Below the pieces are notes generated by a model, which worked only from the letters and a program-made list of their open reading frames with translations, was not told where the DNA came from and made no database searches. The translations under genes and the position numbers were made by a program. Source: Nemertoderma westbladi (Eukaryota > Animalia > Xenacoelomorpha). From it: 64,000 nt of DNA. Below, in pieces: positions 1 to 11,735 of this stretch. Location of the stretch: positions 1 through 64,000 of the forward strand of contig JAUCBJ010007025.1 of NCBI GenBank assembly GCA_032718475.1, read 5' to 3'. The first letter of the stretch is position 1. Every line of letters begins with the position of its first letter.

Positions 1-2122
1 TTGGTATTATTACGATAAAAGCCCTAGACCCAAATAATAAACGGAAAGACATAAACATCCATGTAAACCGAAACTTGTTGACGTATCACCTATGCTCACT
101 CGGCTCGAACGATCCTGGAGTAAACCTACGATCAGAGTCCCGGAATACTCGGTCAAACCTCCTCATTCCTTAGTTGGACCTCAGACCTGCGATCCTGGTG
201 GTGTCGCGGATCCTCGCGGACGGTATTCACTGTTCAAGATCTAGTGCTACCCTAACAATTAATCGGTAACACTCCGACAGTGATTTCTAGCTAGCCGCCC
301 ATCTTACCTAGCTGGATTATGACGCAGACACCTAATATCATTATCCAATCGTATGGTCGTCCCGTTTAACGCGATACAACCCTTCATCAAGGTGAAGGAG
401 AGCGTTGTACGAAACGAGTTAAACGCTATTCTATAAAGATCAAAAAGGAAACCTGCGTTTGTTCAGATAAACGTAAGTTATAACAGTAAGTCCAATCGAT
501 AAACGAATTGGCCTTATCTCAATTCGATTGGGAAATCCAGAATCTCTAAGAAGTTATCGAACTTGGACGATCCTATTCTCTGCGAGAGTTTTTGGATGAA
601 CGTATCCAGCTACGAGCGGAGGAAAATCAGCTCGAGGAGAAGCATATCGAAACGGCAGATACCCCGACCACAATCCTACACCTTCTGATGCAATCATATT
701 GCACCCTTCACCCAGGAGTTATGGCCCTCCTAGTAAAGTGGCTCCCCCCAAAGAGAAAAAGACTCTTGCTAGCCTCAAAAAACTGCGTAAACGCCGTCTG
801 CGTAAGAAAGACTAACTGTTTAGAGTATCTTTATGTTTTAGAAACTGTGATTTTTATATTTTATAGACTGAAAATCCCATTTTCTGGGAGCGGTGTAAAA
901 GCTTTTACTGAATTGTCCGGTTATTTTTCCTTATTTTTCCCGTAAAGTACTCTGTAGTTGGTTTACCAGGCATAAAAAGGCCGTGTCCTTGCTGTACTGG
1001 TGTTTTAGCGGACATAAGAGCTATTTCTTCTGTATTTGTACTTTAGAGGACATAATCCGTAATTCCGTGACGTAAAAGCACGATACTCTTGAAAACAGTG
1101 TCGCTACCATGACGACGGCTAGCAGCTGATATTGCCACGTCGACGTTTCTTTGTTTCTCTGTTCTCTCGTTGTTCAGGTTGACCAATCAGAGCGTTTGTT
1201 ATCTCTGTGTTGGAGGTATATACAGAAACTCAGTAGTTCAGTGTTATTGTTTTTGTCCAGAGCCTAAGAACCGGCTTTGGCACCTCCGTGTTTTAGTTTT
1301 TAGTCTTACACTAGTAGGTTTAATTATAAAGGGCATATATCCTTTAACGCACCTACCTGACTCATGGAATCACTGCATACTGATGACTGATGTCTGCATA
1401 CTGCAGTACTGCATACACTGCATACTGTGTAACATTGTGCATACCTTTATATTGTTATACTGCTATTTACCGTCAGTTCTTCATAATATGGTTGATGAAT
1501 AATTATATTTGGAATAACGATAAACAACCCCGAAACCCAATGTTCTTGATATACCGAAGGTAAGAGAGAAGGGTTACAGATAAACGATTGTGACTTATGT
1601 TAAAGTGGTTTGAAGTGAATCTAATGTTATTTGATAGACCCTACATGAGCCAGTCTGTGTTCCTTTTATATGTGACTAAAATCAGTGAAGATCGGCAGAT
1701 TAGTGTGCAGTATTGTGCAGCATTGTGTATGAGTGAGTCTGTTAAAGAAGCATTCCTAAAGAATGCGCCATATATGTGAATTATAATTAAGCCATATCGT
1801 TGTGAGTGGTTTAAGTCATAACTCTGTTTATATAGATAAAGCGCCACGTCCTAAAGGAACTGTTAATATTCCCGAAGGTGAATAATATTGTCAGAGATTA
1901 TATAATACTGTCAGTCGAATAATACATTAGGCTTACATAGCAATAAAATTAAACCGTCGAACCCAATCTCCCGGGAATTTCCAGCGGGTGAATGGTCGCG
2001 CACGGATTGGTTTCGACTAGTGTAGTGAATCAAATACTTGTCATAGACTAAAAACTGATTTAATATCTAGAAGACATCTTAATTTGGTGGGTTAAACTGC
2101 CAAAGGTCTGAAAGCGCGAACA
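1..2122 (+). mobile_element. 3' end of a non-autonomous Bel/Pao LTR retrotransposon (copy 1): deleted ORF3 remnant, PPT and 3' LTR
   Basis: 1-893 matches the reverse complement of ~5594-6535 and parts of ORF3 of copy B (EENQLEEKHIE...LKKLRKRR). It is followed by ...CTGGGAGCGG and a TG...CA LTR. Confidence 0.9.
894..2122 (+). repeat. 3' LTR of Bel/Pao copy 1 (~1.23 kb)
   Basis: Starts TGTAAAAGC and ends GCGCGAACA. The distal ~700 bp are near-identical to the LTRs at 4378, 13900 and 47714. A poly-G run follows. Confidence 0.93.
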
Positions 2123-3321
2123 GGGGGGGGGGGGGGGGGTCATATTGACCCTCCCTCCCCCCCCCCCCCCCCCCCCCCCCTCTAAAATCTACAAATTTTT
2201 GCGAAAAAGTCTGATTTTTTGTTTGTACGTAGGTATCACTATTCACTAGTATAGATCCGACCGAAAAAATAAATTTCGAAAAAAAGTACTGGGGTGGTTA
2301 TATTGCAGCACCAAAATTACAAGTAGTGCACAATTTTCACAAAATTTGAAAGGGTTTTCTGGGGCGCGAAATACATTGCAAAATATTTAAAAATGACATG
2401 ATTAGTATGAATGGCTGTTTAGTCCTCTCTGCTTAGGAAAAAAAAATGAAAAAAAAAACAAGTAACCATAACTTTTCAGTTACATGTAGAACACAAAATT
2501 TTTAATTCACTTATATAATATTATAAATTCGCATTTTCAGGTTTTGTAGGGCGCTGATGCTAATGGAATACATTTCTAATATGCGAGATCATTGCTACCT
2601 GTACTTGTAATTGTCGGCGTAATTTGGCAAATTTTGGTGCTAGCACCAAATTTCGTACCCACCAGCAAAAAGTAAAAGTTTGCAATGTCCAGTCCAGTGC
2701 TGTTTTTATTGATTCTATCGGATTCAGGACCCTCATAAACCAGTATAACGCAAGAAACAAGACGATACTACCTACTGATCATTTTGTTTATTTTAAAAAA
2801 TTTGGTGCTGGCACAACAATTTTCAGCCACCGGCGAAAAATACAAGTTTGAAAACTCTTATGAAATTTTACTGATTCCATTGAATTCAGAACAGCCATAA
2901 ACCTCTAAAACGCAAGAAATAAATTGTCACAAGCAATTTTATCTATTGAATGGATTTTCAAAAATTCGTGCTAGCACCAAAATTTGCACACAGCACCGAA
3001 AAATACAAGTTTGATACGCTTGGTGCAACTCGTATATATTTCATCGAATAGAAAGAACCCCAAAAAAAACCTAATTGCGCAAAAAACAAGTTTCAAACAA
3101 TCAATTTACAAAATTGACATATTCAAAATTTGGTGCTGGCACCAAAATTTGGCAACCGCCGAAAAAAACAAGTTTGAAATTTCTAAATTAATTTATATGA
3201 ATTCCATCCAATTGCTAACACCAAAAACGGGTGTAAATCAAAAATAGAGATGTTACAAATCATATTTAATGAAATGTAATTTTCAAAAAACGTCTCAAAA
3301 ATGTGCCAAAAGTAGGGTTAA
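2123..3321. mobile_element. Putative piggyBac-like non-autonomous DNA transposon (right part), interrupted by Bel copy 1
   Basis: GGGGTCATATTGACCC palindrome (~2136-2151) of the kind seen in piggyBac subterminal regions, internal repeats, and an end at ...AGTAGGG-TTAA (3311-3321). The left TIR would lie upstream of the window. Confidence 0.5.
2600..3250. repeat. Diverged ~165-bp tandem array (about 4 units), each with the palindrome AAATTTGGTGCT(A/G)GCACCAAAATTT
   Basis: Palindrome copies at ~2631, ~2797, ~2961 and ~3125. A second motif (GATTC(T/C)ATC-like) recurs at the same period. Confidence 0.75.
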
Positions 3322-3339
3322 ATAAAATATGGAGCTATA

Positions 3340-3400
3340 ACTCGAAAACTACCCAATGTTTTTGAAAACCGTTTTCAAAAATATTGGGTAGTTTTCGAGT
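3340..3400. repeat. Near-perfect inverted repeat (30-bp arms, 1 mismatch, 1-nt loop)
   Basis: ACTCGAAAACTACCCAATGTTTTTGAAAAC-C-GTTTTCAAAAATATTGGGTAGTTTTCGAGT. Confidence 0.9.
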
Positions 3401-3419
3401 ATACTTGAAACAAACTTGA

Positions 3420-4290
3420 ATACATCAATCCTCGTGTCTGCGCAGTTTTACTCGATTACTATAAGTCCACAGTAATGTTCCTAAAGTTTGGGGATCTAGT
3501 TGACCAACACGGCGCAAAGTCAATCAAGGGATTATAACAGGGGTCATTGACATCGGCAGTGCTCTTTGCTTTTTATGCAAGTGGTGTGCTTGATACATTG
3601 CAAGTTTCCGGATATGGTTACAATCTTACTCAGTTATGGATAAGTGTTATATGTTATGCGGACGACATTCTCCTAGTAGGTCGTAATGTAAAAGAATTGG
3701 AGGATATGATCGAAATAATACTAACCGAGCTATCAAAAAATTGGGCTGAGAATGGAGAGCACAAAAACAGAATGGTCATATGTCTTAGGCCACGGTCGGA
3801 CAGATGGATCCATTCCTAGTTTCATAAATGTAAACTCGTGAGCTCAAACAATTGCATATCATTCTTGGGCGTTAAGGATAATCTTAATATATGGAGTGTA
3901 TAAAAGTAGTTACAATAGTAGTCAGTCTCTGAGACCTTCAACAGGAAAGGTTGGACGATTAAGTGGTTGGATGTGTAAACACTAGCAACTTTGTGGAAAA
4001 TTATTGCCATCCCATCTATTATCTATAAGCTTAGATTTGTGTTCGGAGGTTTAACTTCGACCGAGACTCTGGAACTTGATGCTTTTTATCAAAAAACATT
4101 GAGGGGGCTCCCACATGTTGGATCATATGTGTCATATGTGTCTAACAGTATGAGTAACAGTATATCTAACCTATTAAACCTTAAATGCCTTTTCTTTAAC
4201 ACGTTCATGGGGCCTTCGTGCAGGACGAGGCCCAGTTATGAGATACAAATTAAAATTGAGCGACTGTATCACAAAATCAGTATTTGAGAA
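3420..4290 (+). pseudogene. Decayed non-LTR retrotransposon reverse transcriptase fragment
   Basis: GIIQGSLTSAVLF and ICYADDILL motifs, with downstream frameshifts and stops. Confidence 0.8.
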
Positions 4291-4377
4291 ATTTAACCAT
4301 ACCGACAATCAATCAAAGAAAGGGGGACAGTACGTGTTCAGCCCTTTTAATCTGCACCCCCCCCCCCCCCCCCCCCC

Positions 4378-5593
4378 TGTTCGCGCTTTCAGACCTTTGG
4401 CAGTTTAACCCGCCAAATTAAGATGTCTTCTAGATATTAAATCGCTTTTTAGCCTATGACAAGTATTTGATTCACTACACTAGTCGAAACCAATCCGTGC
4501 GCGACCATTCACCCGCTGGATATTCCCGGGAGATTGGGTTCGACGGTTTAATTTTGTTGCTATGTAAGCCTAATGTATTATTCGACTGACAGTATTATAT
4601 AATCTCTGACAATATTATTTACCTTCGGGAATATTAACAGTTCCTTTAGGACGTGGCGCTTTATCTACATAAACAGAGTTATGACTTAAACTACTCACAA
4701 CGATATGGCTTAATTATAATTCACATATATGGCGCATTCTTTAGGAATGCTTCTTTAACAGACTCACTCATACACAATGCTGCACAATACTGCACACTAA
4801 TCTGCCGATCTTCACTGATTTTAGTCACATATAAAAGGAACACAGACTGACTCATGTAGGGTCTATCAAATAACATTAGATTCACTTCAAACCACTTTAA
4901 CATAAGTCACAATCGTTTATCTGTAACCTTTCTCTCTTACCTTCGGTATATCAAGAATATTGGGTTTCGGGGTTATTTCTCGTTATTCCAAATATAATAA
5001 TTCATCAACCATATTATGAAGAACTGACAGTAAATAGCAGTATAACAATATAAAAGTATGCACAGTATTACACAGTATGCAGTGTATGCAGTACTGCAGT
5101 ATGCAGTGATTACGAAATTGCAGAGTGTTTGTTTCGTCAGTTAAAGGATATATGTCCTTGTAATTAAACCTACTAGTGTTGAGCTAAAAAGCATAAAACA
5201 TAAAACACTAAAAGCCGTTCTTTCGTGGCTTTGAAAAACTCGTGACTACTGCTCTATACGAGTATACCAACCACTCTTATTCCACGAAGCTCCCGTTCAA
5301 CACAGAGAAAGAGCAGTGAGATAGGAAATTTTCAGTTCAGTACTCTGTGATTGGTCAAAATCAAGGCTAACTCAAAATTCTATTGGGAGATACAAAAACA
5401 AGGCTATGACGCAACCTCCCTAGGCTTGTTGGCCGATTAAACAGAGCCCAGATGCCTGCGTACAGCAAATCAGCCAATAAGCTGGTAACTTGCACTATTT
5501 TTAGCTGTAGATCACTTTGAGAGTATTCTTAGCGACTGGGGGGGAACTGGCCAACAAGGCAAACGAATCAGTTATCCCACAAAAGCTTTTACA
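4378..5593 (-). repeat. 3' LTR of copy A
   Basis: TGTTCGCGC...GCTTTTACA on the + strand. Preceded on the sense strand by the PPT-like TTCTGGGAGCGG. Confidence 0.93.
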
Positions 5594-5671
5594 CCGCTCC
5601 CAGAAAATGGGATTTAAGTCTATAAAATATACAAAATCACAGTTTCTAAAATATAAAAATACTCTAAACAG

Positions 5672-7002
5672 TTAGTCTTTCTTGCGCGGACGGCGTTTAC
5701 GCAGTTTCTTAAGGCTAGCAAGAGTCCTTTTCTCTTTGGGGGAAGCCACTTTACTAGGAGGGCCATAACTCCTGGGTGAAGGGTGCAATATGATTGCATT
5801 AAAAGGTTTGGGTTTACGGTCGGTGTCTCGTCCATTTCGATATGCTTCTCCTCGAGCTGATTTTCCTCCGCTTGTCATGGGATACGTTCGTCCAAAACTC
5901 TCGCAGAGAATAGGGTTTTCTAAGCTTGATATCTTCTTTGAGATTCGAGGTTTCCCAATCGAACTGAGATAAGGCCAATTCGTTTATCGATTGGACTTAA
6001 TGTTATAACTTACGTTTATCTGAACAAACGCAGGTTTCTTTGTTGATCTTTATAGAATAGCGTTTAACTCGTGTCGTACAACGCTCTCCTTCACCTTGAT
6101 GAAGGGTTGTATTGCGTTAAACGGGACGACCATACGGTTGGATAGTGATATTAGGTGTCTGCGTCATAATCCGGCTAGGTAAGATGGGCGGCTAGCTAGA
6201 AATCACTGTCGGAGTGTTACCGATTAATTGTTAGGGTAGCACTAGATCTTGAACAGTGAATACCGTCCGCGAGGATCCGCGACACCACCAGGATCGCAGG
6301 TCTGAGGTCCAACTAAGGAATGAGGAGGTTTGACCGAGTATTACGGGACTCTGATCATAGGTTTACTCTAGGATCGTTAGAGCCGAGTGAGCATAGGTGA
6401 TACGTCAAACAAGTTTCGCTCGAAACTCCAGTAAATATAACGAACACAACTGTGTTTAACACAACGTTTCCGTGGATGTTTATGTCTTTCCGTTTATTGG
6501 CTGGGTCTAGGGCATTTACCGTAATAATACCAAAGACGCACGTCTGGTAGGGGAAACGCGGGTGATATTTATTTGTTGTTACAATGCTTCTATCAAGAAT
6601 TCCAAATATATGTTGGAGTTACCGCGTTTATTTGTTTCTTTAATGTCTTTTCTTTCGAGCCGATTTCGAATAGAATTTTCGCATTCGAATTTCAGTTTAT
6701 GGTTCCGACTCCGCTGGGCAGGATATATAGTCGACATAGTCCGTATTGTGTAAATCGATAGGATGACCAGTAGTTAAGAAGCCCATATACGTACCATTAC
6801 GCTGCGTATATCGAGCAGCGAATTTTCTATAGTCCAACTCGCGCGCGAGCTGCTCTTGGGACATTGGCGGTTCGATATAACGACCATCGTCCTCCGCAGC
6901 AGTTGGACTAACGTCGCCGCGTATTAAGCTATCAACAAACGCTTGCAAAAGTAGAGTATATCGCTCCCCGATACCAAGAACATCTTCTATCAACTCCGTC
7001 AT
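5672..7002 (-). pseudogene. Internally deleted remnant of accessory ORF3 in copy A
   Basis: Starts MTELIEDVLG and ends LKKLRKRRPRKKD as in copy B ORF3. The exonuclease and zinc-knuckle part is missing and the frame is broken. Confidence 0.85.
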
Positions 7003-8663
7003 GTCTGCTATATATGAGTTTATCCACATTATAAGGAGTTTATATTCAGGCTAGCGAGCGTCGCTGCCTACTCCAATTAACCCCCGGACAGTACGAGATC
7101 CTCAGCGCCGATGTGTCGTCGCCGCTGTACTTTCGCCAACGACGTAGCCGCACAACGACAACGACAACCGACACAAGTCACTCGACTGTCCGTCCCAAAG
7201 ACTTAGATGTACTTCAGGTTTTCCTTGGAGAGTTAGGTTACTTTTACGATTGCGACTAGCTACTGTAAACACACCTTAGCAGTAACATTCACCTATAAAC
7301 TCACAAATACCACACACACAACTTGTCACAAATTACACACATTCGGGCCATTTGTCCGTTAGTCAATGCCTTCCAGAATGTCACTGTATTATTATGTATC
7401 CTTGGATACTAGTAGTGCGCTATTTATTCCCTATGCTATTCAATGGGACAAGCTTTCTATTGTTCTTTTAACTCAATTCTAATTCTAGCGTGGTTGTTGC
7501 TATGGTGACATTATGCAAAGCTAGCGGTAGAATTAGGGTAATTCCAATGCATACAGATCTGGGATGTTATTTAATAGTATTCTTTAATAGTCAATGTTCT
7601 GTTTTATACATGACTTTATGAATTTTATCGGCTATTGACTATGTTTGGGAGACTTTCGCACACTCATACGCATAATAAGATAAATCTCCGCTCCCTTGAT
7701 CTATTAATTAATGGAATTTTGGGAACTTTATAAATTGCGTAAAAATGGCAATTTATTAAATTCATTAAAAGGCATGAATTTAAATTTATTCCCTGAAATT
7801 TTATTATTTGATAATTAAATGGACATATTTTGATTCTAGAACATGTCTAGGGACACAAGATCCTTAATTCTATGACAATTGTCTTTTTAAGAATATCGGT
7901 AAATGCTACGATATCTTAATTGACTAGAATTGTTGAAGGATCTGAATTTTACAGATTTTGATTTATTAGATTTGCAAATATTAAATAATTAATATTTGAG
8001 ATGGGCACCGATTTATTCCAGAACTTGTCTGGGGACGTTAACCACTGATTCTAGAATTTGTCTTTCAAGTATATCGGTGGGTGCCGCGATATCTTAATCG
8101 ACTAGAATTACAGATGGTCAAAGGGTTTAACAGATTTATTTTGCGTTATACGCTACTGTTAAAGGGACATCACGCTACTATATGTATTATTTAATATACG
8201 GTATGAGAGCAATATCGCACGAAGCAATGTCAGTGTGAAGAGGCAAGTCGTTTCCAAGGTCTACCCAGAGCTTGGTTTAGCCGAGACACGAGGATCTGAA
8301 CTTTGCATTCCTAATACTCTGCCTACCAATAATACTTAAATATAGTAGTGGCTTTATTGTACTTTAATAAGTACGGACATTTCATCTTACTGTAGTTACG
8401 TATTTATAATATAATACGGACAGTAAGGAAAGAGAAAAAGTAATTATTTCTTCGCCGTCGCACTAAATATAATATAAGTAATTACGTACGTAATAAACAC
8501 GAATATATATTGCACTAATCTACTAAATAATCGCTAAAATAACATTCTACTGAATAAAATTAAAGAAAACGATTATAATAAAATTACATAGTAATACATA
8601 CATAAATATAAAAATAATAAAATAATATAAAATAATAGAGTCACACACCCACTCCATATGTTG

Positions 8664-11600
8664 TTACGTTATGGAGTCCCTAGATGTTTGAAGGATTAGG
8701 GAGGTGGTCGTGGGATGAGAATCTTGCCTTCCACAGTTTCCGGAGAGTCCTCCATTCCCTTCCGGTAAACACAAACGACCGACTGGGTGATTGAGTCGCT
8801 GCATCCTGAATACAATTCCAGGTTTCCTCTTCGTCCTGGAATAGTGACGATAGAAACATCGCTCAAAGTATATGACGGCGTCACAAAGCCGATTCCAGGA
8901 GCTATAGTGGTCCGTCGCTCTCTGCAGGAGAGGTGAGAGTCCCTGCGAGACGTCTGATGTTCCAGAGCTCCAATCGCTCTCTCTGATCTTCATGAAGGAT
9001 CCACTCGCGGAGGGGAGGCCCAGATCCACGGCGTCGTCCCTGGCAACATGTAATACCGACAGATCTATCCCGGGTTCAAATAACTCCGATCCACCCGTCC
9101 GGGTTTCAGGTTCGACTTTCTCCGCTCCCTTGGCTGGTCTAATCTCAGTCGGAGTAAGATGGGGAGGCCATTCATTCTCCTTACTCAGGAAGTCGGGTTC
9201 ACCTAACCGGTCTATAGTATCTGTCAGTTCTTGAGGAGTTGCTCCTCTGGAAGCGATGTCCGTTGGATTAAACTTCTTGGGGCAATATCTCCATTGATCT
9301 ACATTGGAGCTAAGATTGTCATTATCTGAGGAGTGTGGTGTTCCCTCAGTTGGGTCGTCTCCCTCACTAGTATCATCTTCCCATTCACTCACCTGGCAGA
9401 CGCGATCTTGAAGCAGTCTTTCCCTGAGCGTTCTACGGGAAGGTCCAGTAAGGTACCAACCTACTCTAGTTCTTACCGCATAGGTCTGTAGGGGCTGCGG
9501 TTGAGCAGGCCGTTTCTCTAATGTCTCCAGCGCCTCATGCGCGTTTTGGCCGATGAGTATTTGCACTCCAGGATAATCAGTCTGGAATCGAGGTATGTTA
9601 AGATGTTGGATGCTCTCATCCTCGTCCCAATTATAAAGGTCTGCTTGAGTAGTAGCGAAGTTCTTTATAGCCACCATTTTCACTGACCTGATGCTATGTT
9701 CTCCTAGTTCGTCCTGGGGGGTGGACAACTCACCTATATAATAGTCGGCAGCTACAGTAGAATTCCAAACCTGCATGATCCCTGACATGTTTAGCTTGGT
9801 TCGGAACTTGGGTTGTCCAGCAAAGATGACTTCGGCTAGTTCCCTATCGATGAATGTTCCTGTGCTACCGGAGTCCAGGAGGGCGTTCACTATATAGCTC
9901 TTCTGAGGTCCGTGGACCCGTAACTGGACTACAGGAAACTCTCGGATTCCTATATTGGAAGTTGGCGCTTTCCAAGATGGTTGTTGATCGGAAGTAGTTA
10001 AGGTAAGGTCGCTGTCTGTGTCTTTCTCATGTACGAGTGCTCGATACACTGCGGTGGTGTTTATTAGGTAACAGGATTCGTTTTGGTCGGAGAACTCGTC
10101 CGTATAGAATCCTTCCATCTCAGATTGATCAGTGTCGTTCACATCACTGAATTGGACATGTAGTTCGGACTCACTTACCTGACGCGGGCTGTTTCGTTCG
10201 AATTCCGTGTGCAACAAGATATTATGTTTTGCGCCGCACTTCGCACACCTTGCGTCGGAGTTACAGGTTCGCCGTTGGTGTCCTCGTCTGAGGCAATTAT
10301 AACACAACCGCTTATCCCACATGACTTCACGTCTATCCTTTAGTGATTTCCTCAGGAATTTATCACACGCATTTAAACGGTGGGGCCCGTCGCACAGCAC
10401 ACATTTCGGCTTGATGTTACTTACTTTAACCTGTGCTATGTGGTGCACACTTGTTCTTTCCTCGGGCTTTCTCACCTGAATTCCTTTAGGAGACGTAGGA
10501 GGGGTTTTTTGTACCGGTTCCCTTCTGTCATTGGGTCGAGACTTGGATTTACTTACCTGTTCTTTAGGCATTTTATTGACATAATAAGGCCTGTCAGTGT
10601 CTTTCCCGCTGTCCTCTCCTTGAGAGGTTTGGCTTTCACCGTCGTCGGTATAACATACTGGTGTTACCCTTCTCCTAGAAACGGGTTTCTCACTTACCTT
10701 GTTTTCCAATGCCTTCTCTCTGGACTGCCTTAGGAGCTGTAATTTCACTTCTCTATCTAAGAATGACATGAGATCAGTCATGGTAGGGTCTCGTCGTTGT
10801 TGTTCCATCATATATAACACCTTCTTATCCCAGCGTGTACCTACTCCACCCTTGGGCAAAGCAGATGCTAAGGCTCTTACAACCATAGAATTCTGGTATT
10901 CATGAGACTTACCTAGCCAATCTAATTGTCTACAGATCTCCTGAATCTCATCGGAAAACTCTATAATCCCGCTGCTAAGAAACTTTTGGGGCGCCATTAA
11001 TTTTGCATACAAATACCCAGCTATGTCATTCCTATTACCATACCTGATATTTAGTGTATCCCAAACTTGTCTTAATCCGTCTGGATGTCCAATAAACTTT
11101 AACGCCATTAACTTGGGAGATCCTTCCAAGCACTCGATGAGGTATCTAAGTTTTTCTCCATTAGATAGTACAGAGTTCTGTATGTTATCTTTGTAATATT
11201 CATTAAAAGGTAACCATTTCATCTCATCTCCATTGAACTTAACGATCTCTCCCACCTTTACCGCTTGCCGGGCTTCGGTTCTAGCCATTTGACGCGTAAA
11301 ACTTTCTTGGGCCATCGCGCTATTTAATATCGAGTTATCGGTATATAAATTTCTCGGATTATGATCAGTTCTATAGGGAATATCATTATCAACAGGTCTA
11401 TAATTACCCTTAATAGGGTTCACTATAGGAGTTTCTACTTCGCTAGCAGTGTATATGCGTGTAGGCTCCACACCTTGCGCATGCAATACTTCAGACCTAA
11501 CAGGTTGACACATTGTTACAGAGGGTGGTGGTATATCCCTTTGTATGTTCACTAATTTATCGCATTCTAACGCGATACTTTGCTGCACCTTTTGCAACTC

Positions 11601-11735
11601 TAACCTACTTTCCCTTACTGTTCCCTTGAGCTGCTGAACAGTCTCTTCCATTTCCCGGACCTGCTGAGAGGAGCACAAACAGTGTTCCCTCAGCTGCTCA
11701 AGCAGGAGACCCATCTCAGACAAACAAACAGACAT
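8664..11735 (-). CDS. gag: Bel/Pao Gag-aspartic protease polyprotein lacking RT, RNase H and integrase (1023 aa)
   Basis: DUF1759-like region, three Cys/His knuckles (CVLCDGPH, CYNCLRRGH, CAKCGAKH), protease motif ALLDSGS. Fused in frame to short pol remnants and the native C-terminus. Confidence 0.88.
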   Translation of the reverse strand: MSVCLSEMGLLLEQLREHCLCSSQQVREMEETVQQLKGTVRESRLELQKVQQSIALECDKLVNIQRDIPPPSVTMCQPVRSEVLHAQGVEPTRIYTASEVETPIVNPIKGNYRPVDNDIPYRTDHNPRNLYTDNSILNSAMAQESFTRQMARTEARQAVKVGEIVKFNGDEMKWLPFNEYYKDNIQNSVLSNGEKLRYLIECLEGSPKLMALKFIGHPDGLRQVWDTLNIRYGNRNDIAGYLYAKLMAPQKFLSSGIIEFSDEIQEICRQLDWLGKSHEYQNSMVVRALASALPKGGVGTRWDKKVLYMMEQQRRDPTMTDLMSFLDREVKLQLLRQSREKALENKVSEKPVSRRRVTPVCYTDDGESQTSQGEDSGKDTDRPYYVNKMPKEQVSKSKSRPNDRREPVQKTPPTSPKGIQVRKPEERTSVHHIAQVKVSNIKPKCVLCDGPHRLNACDKFLRKSLKDRREVMWDKRLCYNCLRRGHQRRTCNSDARCAKCGAKHNILLHTEFERNSPRQVSESELHVQFSDVNDTDQSEMEGFYTDEFSDQNESCYLINTTAVYRALVHEKDTDSDLTLTTSDQQPSWKAPTSNIGIREFPVVQLRVHGPQKSYIVNALLDSGSTGTFIDRELAEVIFAGQPKFRTKLNMSGIMQVWNSTVAADYYIGELSTPQDELGEHSIRSVKMVAIKNFATTQADLYNWDEDESIQHLNIPRFQTDYPGVQILIGQNAHEALETLEKRPAQPQPLQTYAVRTRVGWYLTGPSRRTLRERLLQDRVCQVSEWEDDTSEGDDPTEGTPHSSDNDNLSSNVDQWRYCPKKFNPTDIASRGATPQELTDTIDRLGEPDFLSKENEWPPHLTPTEIRPAKGAEKVEPETRTGGSELFEPGIDLSVLHVARDDAVDLGLPSASGSFMKIRESDWSSGTSDVSQGLSPLLQRATDHYSSWNRLCDAVIYFERCFYRHYSRTKRKPGIVFRMQRLNHPVGRLCLPEGNGGLSGNCGRQDSHPTTTSLILQTSRDSIT

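Noticed and set aside
1597-1847. Recurrent 60-68 aa ORFs (MLKWFEVNL..., MALYL...) at four loci
   Set aside because: They lie inside the LTR R/U5 region on both strands. They recur because the LTR is repeated and are disrupted in copy B.
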